From Escherichia coli (GTDB lineage: Bacteria > Pseudomonadota > Gammaproteobacteria > Enterobacterales > Enterobacteriaceae): a DNA stretch of 64,000 nucleotides. Location: NCBI RefSeq assembly GCF_048403405.1, contig NZ_CP183129.1; one strand, given 5' to 3'. The position numbers and the translations under genes are program-made. The notes under the pieces were generated by a model, which was given only the letters and a program-made list of their open reading frames with translations, was not told where the DNA came from and searched no databases. Below are positions 63,132-64,000 of the stretch, piece by piece; the first letter of the stretch is position 1, and each line of letters begins with the position of its first letter.

Positions 63132-64000
63132 TTAGATCAGGTAATCGATCAACGCCGGTTCTTGTTTACAGAGGCGACGCCAGTCAACGATCGGCATACG
63201 AACTTGCAGACTTACGCTGCCGTCCTCCTCCATCCACTCTTTTTCTATTGCCTGAAGCTGATAAAAACGACTTCTCAGACGCCCTTCCTGCGGTGGCAGA
63301 CGCAATGTATGCTGCGCCACCTCGCCGGAAAGCCGCTCCGTCAAAGCCTGAAAAAGCTGTGGTATCCCCGCTCCGGTCTGTGCGGAAAGCCAGACACGGA
63401 TCGGTTTGTTCTCTTCGTCCCGATCAATACGCGGTTCGAAATCTTCCAGCATATCGATCTTGTTCATCACCAGCAGGGTTGGGATCTCGTGAGCGTCGAT
63501 CTCTTCAAGAACCGTATTCACCGCTTCGATGTTTTCTTGTACACGCACATCCGCCGCATCAATGACGTGCAGCAGCAATGTGGCTTGCCGCGTCTCTTGT
63601 AACGTGGCTTTAAATGCCGCCACCAGATCGTGCGGCAGGTGGCGAATAAACCCTACGGTATCAGCCAACACGGTTTCACCGACATCTGCGACGTCAATAC
63701 GCCGCAACGTCGGGTCGAGGGTGGCAAACAACTGGTCTGCCGCGTAGACCCGCGCTTCGGTGATGCGATTGAAAAGGGTAGATTTACCGGCGTTGGTATA
63801 TCCCACCAGCGAAACAGTAGGAACGTCGGCTTTGATACGCGATTGCCGCCCCTGCTCACGCTGCTTTTCAACTCTTTCCAGGCGCGACTGTATCTGCACG
63901 ATGCGATTACGCAACAAACGACGGTCGGTTTCGAGCTGGGTTTCACCCGGACCACGCAAACCTATCCCGCCTTTCTGTCTTTCAAGGTGGGTCCAGCCAC
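63132..64000 (-). CDS. hflX: GTPase HflX, C-terminal part (partial, start lies beyond the window end)
   Basis: G-domain motifs GYTNAGKST and DTVGF; reading frame runs to the window edge. Confidence 0.93.
   Translation of the reverse strand, partial: GWTHLERQKGGIGLRGPGETQLETDRRLLRNRIVQIQSRLERVEKQREQGRQSRIKADVPTVSLVGYTNAGKSTLFNRITEARVYAADQLFATLDPTLRRIDVADVGETVLADTVGFIRHLPHDLVAAFKATLQETRQATLLLHVIDAADVRVQENIEAVNTVLEEIDAHEIPTLLVMNKIDMLEDFEPRIDRDEENKPIRVWLSAQTGAGIPQLFQALTERLSGEVAQHTLRLPPQEGRLRSRFYQLQAIEKEWMEEDGSVSLQVRMPIVDWRRLCKQEPALIDYLI

Overview
This window reads as a contiguous, syntenic stretch of Escherichia coli core chromosome, running from the 3' end of treB through treC, nrdDG, cybC, pmbA, yjgA, mpl, fbp, the ytfQRT-yjfF ABC transporter, ppa, the chpSB toxin-antitoxin pair, ytfP, tamAB, msrA, ytfL/K/J/I, cysQ, cpdB, ytfHGFE, cycA, fklB, ytfB, yjfZ, the rpsF-priB-rpsR-rplI operon, yjfY, the ula (L-ascorbate) regulon, yjfP, bsmA, yjfN, aidB, the yjfIJKLMC cluster, rlmB, rnr, nsrR, purA, yjeT, hflC and hflK to a partial hflX. 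Gene identities were assigned by recognising the translated ORFs from memory and by checking start and stop codons directly in the sequence; no database search was run. The orientation is opposite to the usual K-12 MG1655 numbering. I found no rRNA or tRNA gene, no CRISPR array, and no transposase, integrase or phage ORF. Non-coding content is mainly REP/BIME palindromic repeats at gene junctions, hairpin terminators, and a few recognisable operator palindromes (NsrR site before ytfE, chpS operator, NrdR-box-like pair before nrdD). I do not see an unambiguous novel system. The best candidates for a second look are the poorly characterised yjfIJKLMC cluster (a PspA/IM30-like protein with DUF partners and an ATP-grasp enzyme) and two AT-rich orphan loci, ytfI and yjfZ with the adjacent ytfA remnant. 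Every interval between genes is accounted for by a known E. coli gene or a short spacer, so there is no sign of an inserted island.
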